Source: Eledone cirrhosa
Taxonomy: Eukaryota
Reading direction: 5' to 3'
NCBI GenBank assembly: GCA_964016885.1
Contig: CAXHJY010001005.1
Location: 1 to 35,899 of the forward strand
DNA length: 35,899 nucleotides
Below, one piece after another: positions 34,627 through 35,899 of the stretch. Position 1 is the stretch's first letter, and each line of letters starts with the position of its first letter. Both the position numbers and the translations under genes were made by a program. The notes below the pieces were generated by a model. The model searched no databases. It had not been told where the DNA came from and saw only the letters and a program-made list of their open reading frames with translations.

Positions 34627-35529
34627 TTATTGTTCATTTAGCTTGGGTTTGAATTTATCAATAAAATTCTTTTCCTTGATTTTTCTCTTGATTTCATTTG
34701 GGCTGTGTAATTTGTAGAATGGGAATATTATAAATATTCCCTGACCACATGTTGCCAGGTGGCCGCTTAGGGGTATCTGACGGACATTTGGGTCTCTGAT
34801 TTGTTGACGGTGTACCCGTGCACGTTCCGATAGTGCATTTCCAGTTTGACCGACATATAGTTCTTCACAATTCGGGCATTTAATGCAGTAAATTAGATTT
34901 CTGCTTTTGCAGTTCATATTTGCATTTGTGAATATTTTTCCAGTTTTTGTTTTCATATATTGACCGGCGTGTATGGATTGACATGTGCCGCATCGATTAT
35001 CATTGCATTTAGATACAGTGAATGATTGGTCTTTGTTGTTAAGGTCAAACGTTGCTTTTGTTAGCAATTGCTTCAAATTTTTTGGCTGTCTTTTACTAAG
35101 AGTCAAAGATCGATCTGTGATTAAGCCTTTTAATTCATTACTTTGAGCAATGATCGGTAGGTTTGCTTTGGCAGTGTTGAAGATATTCTGGTGACATGGG
35201 TTGTGTGTCATTATAAATGGTATGACCAGTTCTTGGTTTCTTCTTCTTTGGGTTGTTCTAAGTTGTTGTATAGGTATTTTTATAGCCCGCTGTATGCCAT
35301 TTTCTATAAGTAGAGATGGGTATTTTTGTTTGAGCAAAAATTCTCTTAGTTCTGTTAGGCGTTTGTACCTGGTATTTGTATCTTCTACAATGGTACAAAT
35401 TCTTCTGGCTAGGCAGTATGGGATGTTGCGTTTTGTATGAGGTGGATGGCATGACTTAAAATTCAGATATTGATGGGTGTCTGTGTGTTTATAATATATA
35501 TCCGTGGTAATGGTGGTGTCGTTTTTGAT
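34627..35529 (-). CDS. 5'-truncated PLE ORF (RT thumb + GIY-YIG)
   Basis: The frame is open upstream of the listed ORF: TDIYYKHTDTHQYLNFKSCHPPHTKRNIPYCLARRI…CNDNRCGTC…NLIYCIKCPNC…YVGQT…R…H. Confidence 0.88.
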   Translation of the reverse strand: MKNDTTITTDIYYKHTDTHQYLNFKSCHPPHTKRNIPYCLARRICTIVEDTNTRYKRLTELREFLLKQKYPSLLIENGIQRAIKIPIQQLRTTQRRRNQELVIPFIMTHNPCHQNIFNTAKANLPIIAQSNELKGLITDRSLTLSKRQPKNLKQLLTKATFDLNNKDQSFTVSKCNDNRCGTCQSIHAGQYMKTKTGKIFTNANMNCKSRNLIYCIKCPNCEELYVGQTGNALSERARVHRQQIRDPNVRQIPLSGHLATCGQGIFIIFPFYKLHSPNEIKRKIKEKNFIDKFKPKLNEQ

Positions 35530-35540
35530 TCACAATTTGA

Positions 35541-35846
35541 TTCACAAATGCAAATATGAACTGCAAAAGCAGAAATCTAATTTACTGCATTAAATGCCCG
35601 AATTGTGAAGAACTATATGTCGGTCAAACTGGAAATGCACTATCGGAACGTGCACGGGTACACCGTCAACAAATCAGAGACCCAAATGTCCGTCAGATAC
35701 CCCTAAGCGGCCACCTGGCAACATGTGGTCAGGGAATATTTATAATATTCCCATTCTACAAATTACACAGCCCAAATGAAATCAAGAGAAAAATCAAGGA
35801 AAAGAATGTTATTGATAAATTCAAACCCAAGCTAAATGAACAATAA
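35541..35846 (+). CDS. Inverted duplicate of the GIY-YIG domain
   Basis: Matches the C-terminus of the minus-strand ORF except for one F>V change. Confidence 0.85.
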   Translation, partial: FTNANMNCKSRNLIYCIKCPNCEELYVGQTGNALSERARVHRQQIRDPNVRQIPLSGHLATCGQGIFIIFPFYKLHSPNEIKRKIKEKNVIDKFKPKLNEQ

Positions 35847-35899
35847 TAACGCCTAGGGGTATTACTTCTACTACCACTATGACCACGACCACTAACAAC

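Larger units (their letters stand above)
34041..35899. mobile_element. Penelope-like element (Neptune-like) family 2, head-to-head inverted, running off the window end
   Basis: Minus arm ~34041..35529; plus arm 35540..35899 is the reverse complement of 34574..34933 (one visible mismatch). Confidence 0.88.

Overview
This is eukaryotic, very AT-rich repeat DNA; a tRNA-derived SINE and a CR1-type LINE tail resemble octopus repeats, so the host may be a cephalopod (from recall, not searched). No host gene is present. About 12.5 kb (~35%) is a self-complementary (TA)n microsatellite punctuated by GC (…TATATGCATATA…), and nearly all long IY/YI ORFs are artefacts of it. The rest is retroelement insertions in that tract: (1) a Naiad-like Penelope-like element (PLE; RT-YRDD + GIY-YIG) as a ~10.8-kb head-to-head palindrome; (2) two Neptune-like PLEs, one SINE-interrupted and one a head-to-head inversion; (3) a 5'-truncated CR1-group LINE; (4) three insertions of a 310-bp tandem non-coding repeat; (5) a non-coding element whose two inverted arms reconstruct a ~591-nt circularly permuted monomer. 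I read 18 type I hammerhead ribozyme (HHR) motifs from five families, covering each PLE family and both non-coding families. All have palindromic stem III; two families have a U3-A8 core instead of C3-G8, and one has a ~116-nt stem II. All four inversions are divergent on the HHR strand. The 3' ends lie ~60-245 nt past the HHR cleavage site and join TA tracts through AT microhomology. This suggests a PLE/retrozyme community integrating into (TA)n by paired priming on circular or uncleaved RNA; the mechanism is inference.
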